Virus record (IMG/VR): IMGVR_UViG_3300047160_005625
Coordinates: 6,562 to 70,561 of that record
Origin: a virus
Taxonomy: Duplodnaviria; Caudoviricetes
DNA length: 64,000 nt
Direction: 5' to 3' (one strand)
Shown here: piece after piece, positions 37,730-46,928 of the stretch
How positions within the stretch are numbered: the stretch's first letter is position 1
Layout of the letters: the number at the start of each line of letters is the position of its first letter
The notes under the pieces: generated by a model
The model's input: only the letters and a program-made list of their open reading frames with translations
Database searches by the model: none
Told to the model about the DNA's origin: nothing
Position numbers and translations under genes: made by a program

Positions 37730-40312
37730 ATGTTCGAGATCATCCTTTTTCTCATCGGTTTCTTTGCGCAGCAAGCGGTGTTTCCTTCGACGCCGTTCAG
37801 CAACGTCGGCGCGTTGCCGAGTTCAGTCACCAGCTTTTCCTTGAACGTGGGCGCAATGCCAACGACTTACTCGACACTCGGGGCGACGATCACGTATACC
37901 TACACGATTACGAATACTGGGACTACGACGGTCGGCCCGTTCACGATCAACGACAGTAAGTTTGGCATGTTTAGCTGCGGAAGTTCGGTTGGACCCGGCT
38001 TGCCGACTTCCTGCACGAAGCCGTATTCCATCGTCCAAGCAGATCTCGATGGCGGTTCGATCACGATCACATCATCGCAGGCGAGCTACATGGGCTTCAC
38101 ATCCAATATACCGCCTCCGCTCACCGTTACCGCAAACCAAATGCCATCGATCAGCCTGAGCATCGGCACCGTGCCCACAACGTTTAATATGTCGGGGCAG
38201 AACATCGCTATCACTTACACAGTGACCAACACGGGCAACGTCACGCTCACGATGACGGTCACTGTCTCGGACCCCAAGCTCAGCCCGGTAACATGCGGGA
38301 CGGGCTCGATGGCCCCCATGGGAACAAAGACCTGCACGGGCAGTTATTTGATATCTTCCACGGATATGACGGCTGGCTCGGTCACCAGCAACCCGGTGAC
38401 GGCGACTACGACTTTCACCGGAAGCGTTACCGCCACAAGTATGTGGACGATCAATTGTCCCACCTGCGGGGGGCCTACCATCAATCTCAGTGCATATTTC
38501 ACGACGGGCCAGTCCTGCGACGGCGTGAGCGACACTACCTCCGCTTTCAATAGGGCGTTCGCGGATGCGCCCAACCATTACAATTCCAGCACCGGGCTGC
38601 CCGTGATATTGCAGCTTCCCATGGGCACATGCGCGGTCTGGGGAACGAGCTTTACCACCTCCGTAGGCATCTGCGCTATGCTCGCTATGCCCAGCAATCT
38701 CAGCATTCAGGGCATGGGCATTAACAGCACCTTTCTCAAGATTATTCATTACCCTCCTTCCAGCGCCGGGTGTGGCAACCCGTTCCCTCTCATAAACTAC
38801 AATTACTATCAACGCTCCAACTACCACAACACCACTCCCTATAACACTCTGGGCGCCACGGCAGGCTCCAATACCGTTCAGATGCAGACTCCGAGCGACA
38901 CTTCTCACTTTGCTGTGGGGGACTACGTGATTCTTTATGAGCGAGAGCCTAACTGGCCGCAGATTCCTGCGCAATGCGCTAACCCGAGCAGCACCACCTG
39001 CTTCGCCCCCAAACCACCGCAATTCGGCGGTCCCAGCGCCAACCTTCAAGAATGCGACGTTTGCCCCAGCCAGCAGAACAAAATCACTGCAATTAACCCC
39101 GCTGGCTTCCCTAACGGAACGATTCAGTTTGTGCACCCCTGGGATCGCACGTACTCCCAGTACTCCTATCCTAATACGGGGGGATCAAATTTTATCAGCC
39201 CGCCTTCCACCTGGAACTTAACCCCTACGCTGGGGAATGTTTCTTACACCACCGTGAGCAACGGAGGCGTGCAAAATCTCACCCTGGACGCAGCGCAGCC
39301 GTTTAACATGAATGAAGTTTCTGATCTGACGTTCAAAAACATCAACATGGTCGTGGAGCAATTGATTCCTTCGGACGACGCCTCCCGTACTTACAACTTG
39401 AATATGCAATCAAATGGCGTATTTTACACTCTCTGGGATAACGTGAACTGGTCGATGGTCATCCACGGCTCCGCTAACGGCTTAGTCGGGGGCGAGTGGT
39501 GGCAGGACAATTCCTCTAACAATACCTGGCAGAACTCGACCTGGGGCGCGAGCGCAAGCAATGGCATTGGACAGTTCAGCTACGGAGAGTATGCCCATGA
39601 AAATTTTATCAACAACACGTTTTATCTCTTTGCACAATCGAACGGGTCGTTAGGGTTTGGGGGCCTGAACAGTAAATTCGACTTAAACACCGTGAATCAG
39701 GTCGGCGGAACCGTGAACTCAGCGAACACGGGGTTGTACTCGGATGGCCTTTCTGTAGGCTGCGTGTATCAATGCATTCAAAGCAACTACATGATCTATG
39801 AAAACGGCGCTCCGCAGTCCACTTCGACCTCCAACAACACGTTCAATAACTGTGCGACATCTTCCGGCGCTGCCTGTCTGATGTTGTTCGGGGGAGCGCA
39901 ACTCGTTCAGACCAATCACGTGACGGCCACCTCGGGCCCGGCCATTACTTACTTTGGAGACCCGAATGCGACCTATTGGGTGATCGACAATAATACACTC
40001 AGCGTGGCGAGTGGGTCTACGGTTTCCTTGTCGATTTCGAGTAACAACAACTGGAAATTCACTAACAACATGGGCAACGGACACGGAGCCTCTTTCTTCA
40101 ATCCGACCGGAGGAACCTGCACCGTGACCGGCAATATGGGCTTTGGAAGCTATAGTTTTCAGAACAGCGGCGTATGCACCTTTAACACAAACACGCGAAA
40201 CCTGATTCCTTTCCTGCGTGACCGTTTTATTCTGGCGATTGTTATTGCGCTCGGCGCGGGCGGGCTTGGCGTCTGCCGCTATCGGCGCCAGAGAAAGCCG
40301 GAAGTCGGCTGA
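37730..40312 (+). CDS. Secreted surface protein: two DUF11/Ig-like domains, pectin-lyase-like beta-helix, C-terminal TM anchor
   Basis: Hydrophobic N-terminus; TITYTYTITNTG and IAITYTVTNTGNVTL (DUF11-like); CDGVSDTTSAFNRA...LQLP.G (beta-helix start); tail IPFLRDRFILAIVIALGAGGLGVCRYRRQRK. Confidence 0.75.
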   Translation: MFEIILFLIGFFAQQAVFPSTPFSNVGALPSSVTSFSLNVGAMPTTYSTLGATITYTYTITNTGTTTVGPFTINDSKFGMFSCGSSVGPGLPTSCTKPYSIVQADLDGGSITITSSQASYMGFTSNIPPPLTVTANQMPSISLSIGTVPTTFNMSGQNIAITYTVTNTGNVTLTMTVTVSDPKLSPVTCGTGSMAPMGTKTCTGSYLISSTDMTAGSVTSNPVTATTTFTGSVTATSMWTINCPTCGGPTINLSAYFTTGQSCDGVSDTTSAFNRAFADAPNHYNSSTGLPVILQLPMGTCAVWGTSFTTSVGICAMLAMPSNLSIQGMGINSTFLKIIHYPPSSAGCGNPFPLINYNYYQRSNYHNTTPYNTLGATAGSNTVQMQTPSDTSHFAVGDYVILYEREPNWPQIPAQCANPSSTTCFAPKPPQFGGPSANLQECDVCPSQQNKITAINPAGFPNGTIQFVHPWDRTYSQYSYPNTGGSNFISPPSTWNLTPTLGNVSYTTVSNGGVQNLTLDAAQPFNMNEVSDLTFKNINMVVEQLIPSDDASRTYNLNMQSNGVFYTLWDNVNWSMVIHGSANGLVGGEWWQDNSSNNTWQNSTWGASASNGIGQFSYGEYAHENFINNTFYLFAQSNGSLGFGGLNSKFDLNTVNQVGGTVNSANTGLYSDGLSVGCVYQCIQSNYMIYENGAPQSTSTSNNTFNNCATSSGAACLMLFGGAQLVQTNHVTATSGPAITYFGDPNATYWVIDNNTLSVASGSTVSLSISSNNNWKFTNNMGNGHGASFFNPTGGTCTVTGNMGFGSYSFQNSGVCTFNTNTRNLIPFLRDRFILAIVIALGAGGLGVCRYRRQRKPEVG

Positions 40313-41298
40313 CCGGGGACGATGCAATTCCCAGTCACCCATCCGCTATCGTTGATCGACGTAGCGATCACGTTCGCGCACGGCCCTAAGTCGATCATGG
40401 TGGGCGTCCCGTCATAGTACACGTTCTCAATGACGGCAACGCCCAATTTATTGATACGCGCTGCAACGGGCGCTTTTTTAGGAAAAGGGGGATCATCGAC
40501 GTGGTTCGGAAGCGGGAATAACTTTATGGAGCCGGTGCGCAGTTGTACATAACCCTGCGACGGAGTCGGGGGAAGGAATGGGTTATTCGCATACCCCACT
40601 ACCGTTCCCGCATTGTTGATGCTTATCCCGGCATGATCGGCGATGCCCACTGGTCCTGTAAACGTAACCGTCCCGTTCGCAGCCCGCAGGAAGCTATTTA
40701 AGAAGTCGTTCCCAAATCGAATGACGGCTCCCGTCATCTCTCCCAGATCATTGATATCCGTGGCCAAGGCCCCCTTCGCGTTGGACGTGAGCGCGTCGAG
40801 TTGGGCGAAACTGCCATCGGCGTTACGCAAAAACGCTTGGGGGGCCAAGCTCTCTACCACGCCCACAATCTGGCCACCGGAGTTGATGGCGGCGGGAATG
40901 GTTTCATACCCACCGGGCGCCGTGCTGGTAGCAGAGAATTTGGTCACCACGCCGGAACGGGACCGCACGAATCCTTGCCGACATCCCCCTGGCGGCGGCG
41001 TAATCGGGGGCGGGCAGGTAGTGTAATAGTAGCCCGTGATCGCGCCCTGGCTATTGATGCCAGTGGGAATCAATCCCTCTGGCAACCGGGTAAATGAACC
41101 CAGCCTGATGGTGTCCCCATCACTAATAGTCGTAACTATAAAACCCCGGCCGCCGCAAACTCCGAGGACGACGCCGTTACTGTTTAAGCCGATTGAGAAA
41201 GTGCCGACGCAGGCCGGGGCCTGGAAAGTGATGAAGTGCGCTCCGAACAGTTGCGATCCGAAGAGCAACGCGATTGCAAATTTCATGGGTTCCTCCAA
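40279..41298 (-). CDS. Secreted HAF-like repeat protein (moron)
   Basis: Signal peptide MKFAIALLFGSQLFGA; repeats of (G/A)INxxG.(I/V)(T/V)G. Confidence 0.7.
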   Translation of the reverse strand: MEEPMKFAIALLFGSQLFGAHFITFQAPACVGTFSIGLNSNGVVLGVCGGRGFIVTTISDGDTIRLGSFTRLPEGLIPTGINSQGAITGYYYTTCPPPITPPPGGCRQGFVRSRSGVVTKFSATSTAPGGYETIPAAINSGGQIVGVVESLAPQAFLRNADGSFAQLDALTSNAKGALATDINDLGEMTGAVIRFGNDFLNSFLRAANGTVTFTGPVGIADHAGISINNAGTVVGYANNPFLPPTPSQGYVQLRTGSIKLFPLPNHVDDPPFPKKAPVAARINKLGVAVIENVYYDGTPTMIDLGPCANVIATSINDSGWVTGNCIVPGQPTSGFLWRR

Positions 41299-41385
41299 CT
41301 AATCATTTTAGGCCGCCGTCAAGGCGGGCGCATTATTGTGCCACGAACGCCGTCCTGCGTCAACCCTCGGGGGGTTGCTTTAAAT

Positions 41386-42411
41386 TTAAGTCTCTTCCTC
41401 AGGAATCATGGCGCCGAGGAACCCAACGAAGACCCCGCCGATAAAGTGCGGCGTCGCCAACTGCGCGACCCGCTGGTAACTCCCGTCCGCTTTGCGCATC
41501 CGGTAGGAAAACGAGTACGGCCGTTTTCGGGCGTAGTTGACCCCGTTGCGCGATTCCTCTGCCCAATCCTCTGGATGATAGCATCGTTTCCAGGCATCCC
41601 CCTCGAAGTCCTTCCGCCGCATCCCGGTGAACTCCAGCATCGTTTGGTTGACATGCAGGCATTGGCGTTGGGCGCTGGCGATCCAATGCATGAAGGGCGA
41701 GGCGTTCGTGAGATCTCCCAAACTTCTGAGAATGTCCCTTTCCTGAGGGGTGGCCAGGACGACCTTATTATCCGGTTTCTGGCGTAACCATTCGAGCGCT
41801 TCCGGCTGCGTGGAAAAGGTTTGAACGTCGAAGCCGCGCTCGCGCATTACGCGCCCGGTGATTCCCCTCGTCAAGAGCACTGCGGCTATTTTGGGCCGGT
41901 AGTTGTGCTCCTCCAGCCAGTCCGCCATGATCGTCCCCAAGTCAGCGCGATCTTGCGAGGAAAGGTCCAGATCCACCGCGAGGAAATTGATGAGCACCTT
42001 GCTCGCGCCTCGTTTCAGGGCCTCGGCATAGACCTGCATCATCACCGGCGCCGCTGTCATCGCGTTGAGCGATCCCCACATCATCGCCAGCAGAATTTCG
42101 TCATCCAAGGCCGTGAAATCGCAAAAGCTGGAATGCCAGTGATCTTCGGCGAGGGGCAAAAAACGGTCGATTTCGCGGGCGAGGGTCAGGTAGGAGATGT
42201 TGTGATAGTCGGCGATTTTCACCTGCGTGCTCAGGTGGGGGTCATGCTCGCCGCGCTCCATTCTTCTGATGTGCGCCCGATTCATTCCTTTCGCGACGAG
42301 TGAGGCGAGCGACAAGCCGGTTCGGTCCCGTAAACTGCGCAACGCCCTCGCCCAGGCGATTTGAATATCCGCATCTTTCACCCCACACCTCGTATTTTCT
42401 GTAGCTAGCAA
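41386..42411 (-). CDS. XRE-HTH regulator fused to STAS/SpoIIAA-like and PAS domains (candidate repressor)
   Basis: N: LRSLRDRTGLSLASL..KGMNRAHIRRMERGEHDPHLST (XRE). Middle: KVLIN...DL...KIAAV...F.T..EALEWL (SpoIIAA-like). C: SP..HWIA...C.HVNQ...EFTG...W...HPED...YRMRKADGSY (PAS_3). Confidence 0.8.
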   Translation of the reverse strand: MLATENTRCGVKDADIQIAWARALRSLRDRTGLSLASLVAKGMNRAHIRRMERGEHDPHLSTQVKIADYHNISYLTLAREIDRFLPLAEDHWHSSFCDFTALDDEILLAMMWGSLNAMTAAPVMMQVYAEALKRGASKVLINFLAVDLDLSSQDRADLGTIMADWLEEHNYRPKIAAVLLTRGITGRVMRERGFDVQTFSTQPEALEWLRQKPDNKVVLATPQERDILRSLGDLTNASPFMHWIASAQRQCLHVNQTMLEFTGMRRKDFEGDAWKRCYHPEDWAEESRNGVNYARKRPYSFSYRMRKADGSYQRVAQLATPHFIGGVFVGFLGAMIPEEET

Positions 42412-42743
42412 GATCCTTTTTGGATCATCCGCGCTACCAATCTGCCTTGTTTATAACTTTGGGCGACATGCAGCAATATTTTTTCTGGATATTTTTCGCC
42501 TAAAATAAGCCGCACCCGTTCCCCGAGGGCTGCGACTGATCCTCAACGCAATCATTAACTTAGCCTATCCAAAATGTCTGCATTTCCACAATACGTCATT
42601 ATGAAGCATAAATCAAGCAGAAATCATTTAGTCATTATGCTTGACCTCGAAAATCTTCTCGCCTAAAATCAGTTAGTCCTCAGCCCGAAGACGGCAAATC
42701 GGGCGTGGGGGGCCGAATTTTTGCTTCATCCCGAGGGGAATGT
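42412..42743. promoter_or_regulatory. Divergent AT-rich control region (immunity-region-like)
   Basis: The only long non-coding gap between divergent regulators; contains TTGACC (42642) and TATAAC/TAAAAT hexamers. Confidence 0.55.
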
Positions 42744-43004
42744 ATGCTACGCAACACGCGAGAATTCGATCTCGAAGACCAAGCGACCGTCACTCTGAGA
42801 GTGACAGCCGAGTTCAAGAAGCGGCTCCAGTTGTATTGCGATAAGCGATCCCAGGAATTAGCCTCCTATTGCTCGTTTGGCCGCGCTGTGCAAGATCTGC
42901 TGGCGCCGGTCCTGGCTAATATCCAACTAAGCGCCATCGGCGCGGTGAACGGCGCGACTAGAAAGCGCACCAAGCGAAAACAGCAACAAACCGTCGCCGC
43001 CTAA
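42744..43004 (+). CDS. Cro-like/ribbon-helix-helix DNA-binding protein
   Basis: ATVTLRVTAEFKKRLQLYC is RHH-like; first gene of the early operon; GAGGGG RBS. Confidence 0.55.
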   Translation: MLRNTREFDLEDQATVTLRVTAEFKKRLQLYCDKRSQELASYCSFGRAVQDLLAPVLANIQLSAIGAVNGATRKRTKRKQQQTVAA

Positions 43005-43030
43005 TTTTCCCCGGCGAGGCCAAAATCCCC

Positions 43031-43225
43031 ATGAACACCCACGCTCGAAGTGCGCCTAAAGACGCGCCGGCTAAAGAATGGCCGGTCGCCTGCGACCGCT
43101 GCCGCGCCCGTCGCCGCCTCGATTTCCTCAGGGGCTGGCGCCTTTGCCAACGTTGCCGCGACCGCCAACTCGCCGAGCTTGAAAGGGAGATCGATCCCCA
43201 CTGGCCGCCGAGAAAGCGCCTATGA
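43031..43225 (+). CDS. Small Zn-ribbon protein
   Basis: CDRC...CQRC. Confidence 0.5.
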   Translation: MNTHARSAPKDAPAKEWPVACDRCRARRRLDFLRGWRLCQRCRDRQLAELEREIDPHWPPRKRL

Positions 43226-43515
43226 GCTATATCATCCGTTTCGAGAGCCTCGCCGGCGTCGATGGCGGCGGCGCGCATGACGCGATTGGAAATTACCTGC
43301 GCAACTATGATCCCACTCCCCTTGCTGGTCGCCCCTATGACGGTGGTCTGCTCAAGACCACTAGATTTCGGCATCTGGCGCAGCTTTTCGAAAGCCCCCG
43401 CGAGGCCATCGAATGCTGGCGAACGCAGGCGCCCCCGCCCCATGATTTGCGGCCTGATGGCAAACCGAACCGGCCCTTGACCCCGTTTTCCGTCTCGATC
43501 CTGGAGGAAAAGTGA
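43222..43515 (+). CDS. Hypothetical protein (97 aa)
   Basis: ATGA and GTGA overlaps on both sides. Confidence 0.6.
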   Translation: MSYIIRFESLAGVDGGGAHDAIGNYLRNYDPTPLAGRPYDGGLLKTTRFRHLAQLFESPREAIECWRTQAPPPHDLRPDGKPNRPLTPFSVSILEEK

Positions 43516-44546
43516 GCGAGTTCACAGCCGAACAGATCGACCTCATCAAGCGCCAGATCGCGCCTCCCGGCACGACCGACGACGAACTGCGATTGTTCTT
43601 AGCCTACTGTTACCGCACGGGTTTAGACCCATTCGCGAGGCAGATTTATTTGGCCGAACGCCGCAGCTTCGATCCAGACGTAAATCGGTGGGTTCTGAAG
43701 CGCCAACCTGAGACGACTATCGATGGATTTAGGTTAATCAGCGAACGCACTGGGCATTATGCCGGACAGGATGGTCCGTACTGGTGTGGCGTCGATGGCG
43801 ACTGGCGCGACGTCTGGACATCGGAGGAGCCGCCCGTCGCCGCGAAGGTCGGGATTCTGCGAAACGACTTCAAGCAGCCGCTTTATGCCGTAGCGCTCTA
43901 CCGGGAGTATTGCCAGAAGAAGAAAGACGGGCAGCCCAACAGCATGTGGCAGAAGATGCCCGCAGGTCAACTGGCGAAATGTGCGGAATCCCTCGCGCAT
44001 CGGCGCGCTTTCCCGAGAGAATTCAGCGGCCTCTACACCAATGAGGAGATGGCCCAAAGCTCGACGGAAGGCGTGAAAGAGTTGCAGGCCCAAGTAGCCG
44101 AAGAGAAGATCTCGGAGATCAAAATGCGCGCCGTTACGGCGGGGGAACAGCCGATCAGCCACATCGGCTTACAACACCTGCGCGAAACGAAAAAAGAGAT
44201 TGAGCAGTTCACTCGCTCCACCAATGATTATTACGAAGTTTTAAAAAAGTATGGCGTCGAGCACGCCAACCAGCTTGATCAGAAAAAAGGCCGAGAGGCT
44301 TACCGCGAATTGGCGGCGCTCGTGAATCGGCTCAAGGAAGAAACCGGCCTCCGGGATCTCTTAGAGGGACTGCGCGACAAGCTTGGCGTCCCCAAGTTTT
44401 ACGGCATTCTTGGGCGGGACTACGGGGTCGGGTCCTTCGAGGACGTGTTGGCGTTCGACGGCGAACGATTGCAGAACCTGCTCTCGCAATTGCAGGACGA
44501 GGTGAAGTTGACTGTGACGAGCGAGGATTTACATGGCGCCAGTTAG
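43512..44546 (+). CDS. bet: Phage recombination protein Bet (RecT family SSAP)
   Basis: [10 protein letters not shown]...TDDEL.LFL..C..TGLDPF.RQIY...TTIDGFR.I..RTG.YAG...W.KMP..QLAKCAE..A.R.AFP...GLYT.EEM. Confidence 0.9.
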   Translation: MSEFTAEQIDLIKRQIAPPGTTDDELRLFLAYCYRTGLDPFARQIYLAERRSFDPDVNRWVLKRQPETTIDGFRLISERTGHYAGQDGPYWCGVDGDWRDVWTSEEPPVAAKVGILRNDFKQPLYAVALYREYCQKKKDGQPNSMWQKMPAGQLAKCAESLAHRRAFPREFSGLYTNEEMAQSSTEGVKELQAQVAEEKISEIKMRAVTAGEQPISHIGLQHLRETKKEIEQFTRSTNDYYEVLKKYGVEHANQLDQKKGREAYRELAALVNRLKEETGLRDLLEGLRDKLGVPKFYGILGRDYGVGSFEDVLAFDGERLQNLLSQLQDEVKLTVTSEDLHGAS

Positions 44547-44760
44547 AGTCGGCGAACGGGTTTATGCGGTGGGCGAGCGCGTCATGTTCTGCGGCTGGCC
44601 TAGCACGATTGTCTTGGTGACCCTGCCTCACCGTTGGGCGCCGCGCTACACCTACCGCGTCCAGATGGACGCTGAGTTCTGCTGCCGCACGACGGACCAG
44701 GACAGAATGGCGATTGGGGTTCGCAGCGAGGATTTGAAGCCGCTATGCGAGTGCAAATGA
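44533..44760 (+). CDS. Hypothetical protein (75 aa)
   Basis: GAGGA RBS; operon position. Confidence 0.5.
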   Translation: MAPVRVGERVYAVGERVMFCGWPSTIVLVTLPHRWAPRYTYRVQMDAEFCCRTTDQDRMAIGVRSEDLKPLCECK

Positions 44761-44857
44761 AAACTTACATCGACCCGAAGAGTTTACGGCAGATCCTGGT
44801 GGCGATTGAGCATCCGCACCTGAAGTGGTGGGAGCGATTGTGGAGGTGCATCTGGGG

Positions 44858-45781
44858 ATGGGCAAACTAGAAGTCGTCCCGTTCGGCAAATACAAAGGCC
44901 AGCCTATGGAGGCCATGGCGCAGGACCATGAATACTGCGAGTGGCTCTCACAGCAGGATTGGTTCCGCGCCCGTTACCCAACCATCCACACTCTGATCGT
45001 CAACAATTTCGGCCAGCCCGAGGAGACGCCAGAACACAACGCGTTGCAGGCTCTGTTTGTGGACGAGGGCTTTCGTGTGCGTTTCATGGTTCACGTTCTC
45101 GGCGAGAAACGCATCCGCGAAATACTCCTAAGCGAGAGAAGATCGCACATCACGGCCAAGGAAGAAGGAATAGCCGAGTGCGAAAAGCATATCGCCGCAT
45201 GCGATAGGGAAATCCAGGAGCAGCCTGACGATTATGAAATTCGTTATCAGAAACATCTTGCATTCCTAACTGCATCGCAGTATTGCCGCTATGACCCGGA
45301 ACGCGATTCCAAAAAGGCGACCATCGCCAGATGGCAGGAAGACCATATCCGCAGGATCGAATGTGCGCGGAAGGCGAAGTCGGAATACCAAGAGAAAAAA
45401 TGCGGCATGGAGAATGCCCTTCGGGTCTTGAAGGAATCCAGCCTGCCTACGCTTCGAACCACCGTCGAATTTGAAGTCGGCGGCAGCGACGTGCAAATCG
45501 AATGCCGCGGGGCGCATGAGTTGTACGTGAGTCGTTTCTGGGAACGTGCGGATATCGAATGCAAGCCCTCGGTGGGCGATGACTATCCGGCGATTCTGCG
45601 GCAGATGAAAAGCGATGGCTCTCACATTCTTTTTATTGGCCAGGGCGGCTACAGGGGGACCGGGGCGACATTCCAGCAAGTCAACGCGATCTTCAAGAGC
45701 AGCAACATTCGAATCGTTTTGCAGCAAGAAATTACTTCGCTGGACGAAGACATAGAGGAAGAAGAGGAACCAACGCATTGA
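44858..45781 (+). CDS. Protein with PFGKYKG (DUF3820-like) N-terminus and PD-(D/E)xK-like C-terminus
   Basis: VPFGKYKGQP...Y.EWL; C-terminal FEV.GSDV...IECKPSVGDDYPAILRQM. Confidence 0.6.
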   Translation: MGKLEVVPFGKYKGQPMEAMAQDHEYCEWLSQQDWFRARYPTIHTLIVNNFGQPEETPEHNALQALFVDEGFRVRFMVHVLGEKRIREILLSERRSHITAKEEGIAECEKHIAACDREIQEQPDDYEIRYQKHLAFLTASQYCRYDPERDSKKATIARWQEDHIRRIECARKAKSEYQEKKCGMENALRVLKESSLPTLRTTVEFEVGGSDVQIECRGAHELYVSRFWERADIECKPSVGDDYPAILRQMKSDGSHILFIGQGGYRGTGATFQQVNAIFKSSNIRIVLQQEITSLDEDIEEEEEPTH

Positions 45782-45828
45782 ATCAGATCGACCTTGGCTA
45801 TGGGAGTACCGCTTGATTTTGAGGAAGG

Positions 45829-46158
45829 TTGCGTAATTTTATGTATGATCCTGCTCGACCGATCCGGTTCATCAGCGTAGATGCGGCGGTGGATCATTTC
45901 GTGTCTCATCTGCCCGTCTATCGGGCCGTTCTGAAAGAGATGGAGCGCCTGCATGACGACGTGAGGAATCCAGAAGCCTACCGGCAAACCAAGAGAGCGA
46001 TAGCGATGCTGGAAGATCCCGCCGACCTGAGGGCGCGATTTGAAAAACTAAAAGCCCCTGATGGGACGCTTAATTTCGAGAATTCCAGTGAGGTCGCCAA
46101 TCGCCTGCGGAAGACGATCCATGATACGGACTGGTATAAGACTGGGAATCGTGATTGA
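45829..46158 (+). CDS. Hypothetical protein
   Basis: 109 aa ORF in the operon. Confidence 0.55.
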   Translation: MRNFMYDPARPIRFISVDAAVDHFVSHLPVYRAVLKEMERLHDDVRNPEAYRQTKRAIAMLEDPADLRARFEKLKAPDGTLNFENSSEVANRLRKTIHDTDWYKTGNRD

Positions 46159-46185
46159 CGATTTGTGATACATATGCGATACAAT
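46155..46185 (+). promoter_or_regulatory. Sigma70-like promoter with GATACA direct repeats
   Basis: TTGACG (46155) N19 TACAAT (46180). The spacer is longer than canonical. Two GATACA copies overlap it, directly upstream of an RHH-like gene. Confidence 0.4.
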
Positions 46186-46192
46186 AGAGGGC

Positions 46193-46525
46193 ATGAAAAC
46201 AAAACTCACCAGTTTTCGCATGACGCCCCTGGGGCACAGCATGCTCCAACAGATCGCCAATGTGATGGGCATAGGACGGAGTGCGGCTTTAGAGATCGCG
46301 ATCCGCATGTACGCGCGGGAGGTGGGCATAAAGCAGATTCGGATGGAAGAGAGCGGCGATGAAGATCAAGCGCAAGCGCAAGTCGCCGACGGCGGAAAGG
46401 CCATTCCGGTCACGCACTCAGATCGAAGACGTTCACAACCCGGCGCTGGCGGCGGATCTGTACCGGCGAATCCGGCGGGCGCAGGAGAAAACTCGCGCCG
46501 ACGAAGCAAGGGGGCGCAAAGATGA
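46193..46525 (+). CDS. Ribbon-helix-helix regulator
   Basis: KLTSFRMT...MLQQIA..MGIGRSAALEIAIR. Confidence 0.65.
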   Translation: MKTKLTSFRMTPLGHSMLQQIANVMGIGRSAALEIAIRMYAREVGIKQIRMEESGDEDQAQAQVADGGKAIPVTHSDRRRSQPGAGGGSVPANPAGAGENSRRRSKGAQR

Positions 46526-46664
46526 CGCAGCCTAATGAGATGAGACGCGCTGTCCTCGCAGTTGCCGAGACTTTCGGATGGGATGGGATGACGAAGCGTG
46601 AAGTCGGGCTTCTCCTGTTTAGTTTGTTTCGCTACTACGCATGGTTTCGCGCAGAGGGGAACTC

Positions 46665-46928
46665 ATGATCAAATTCACTTACGGCAAAGGCAAGAAAGTC
46701 AGTCTTGGACTAGGGATCGCCCGAGAAAATGTAAACAGACTAATTGCAGGCAAGCCAATTCTGGTCAGGTTGAGCGAAGTCGGCACTCCAATAGATGACG
46801 AAATTTTACTTTATTTTGGCGAAACGGAACAAGATCTGATGGATCAGGTCCGCGAATTCCTCACGCCGGAAACCAAGATGAGCATTGATCCACGATTGAA
46901 CATTAAGGGTTATGACAACGACCACTAG
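46665..46928 (+). CDS. Hypothetical protein (87 aa)
   Basis: ATG overlapping the stop of a 48-aa upstream ORF (46522..46668). Confidence 0.55.
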   Translation: MIKFTYGKGKKVSLGLGIARENVNRLIAGKPILVRLSEVGTPIDDEILLYFGETEQDLMDQVREFLTPETKMSIDPRLNIKGYDNDH

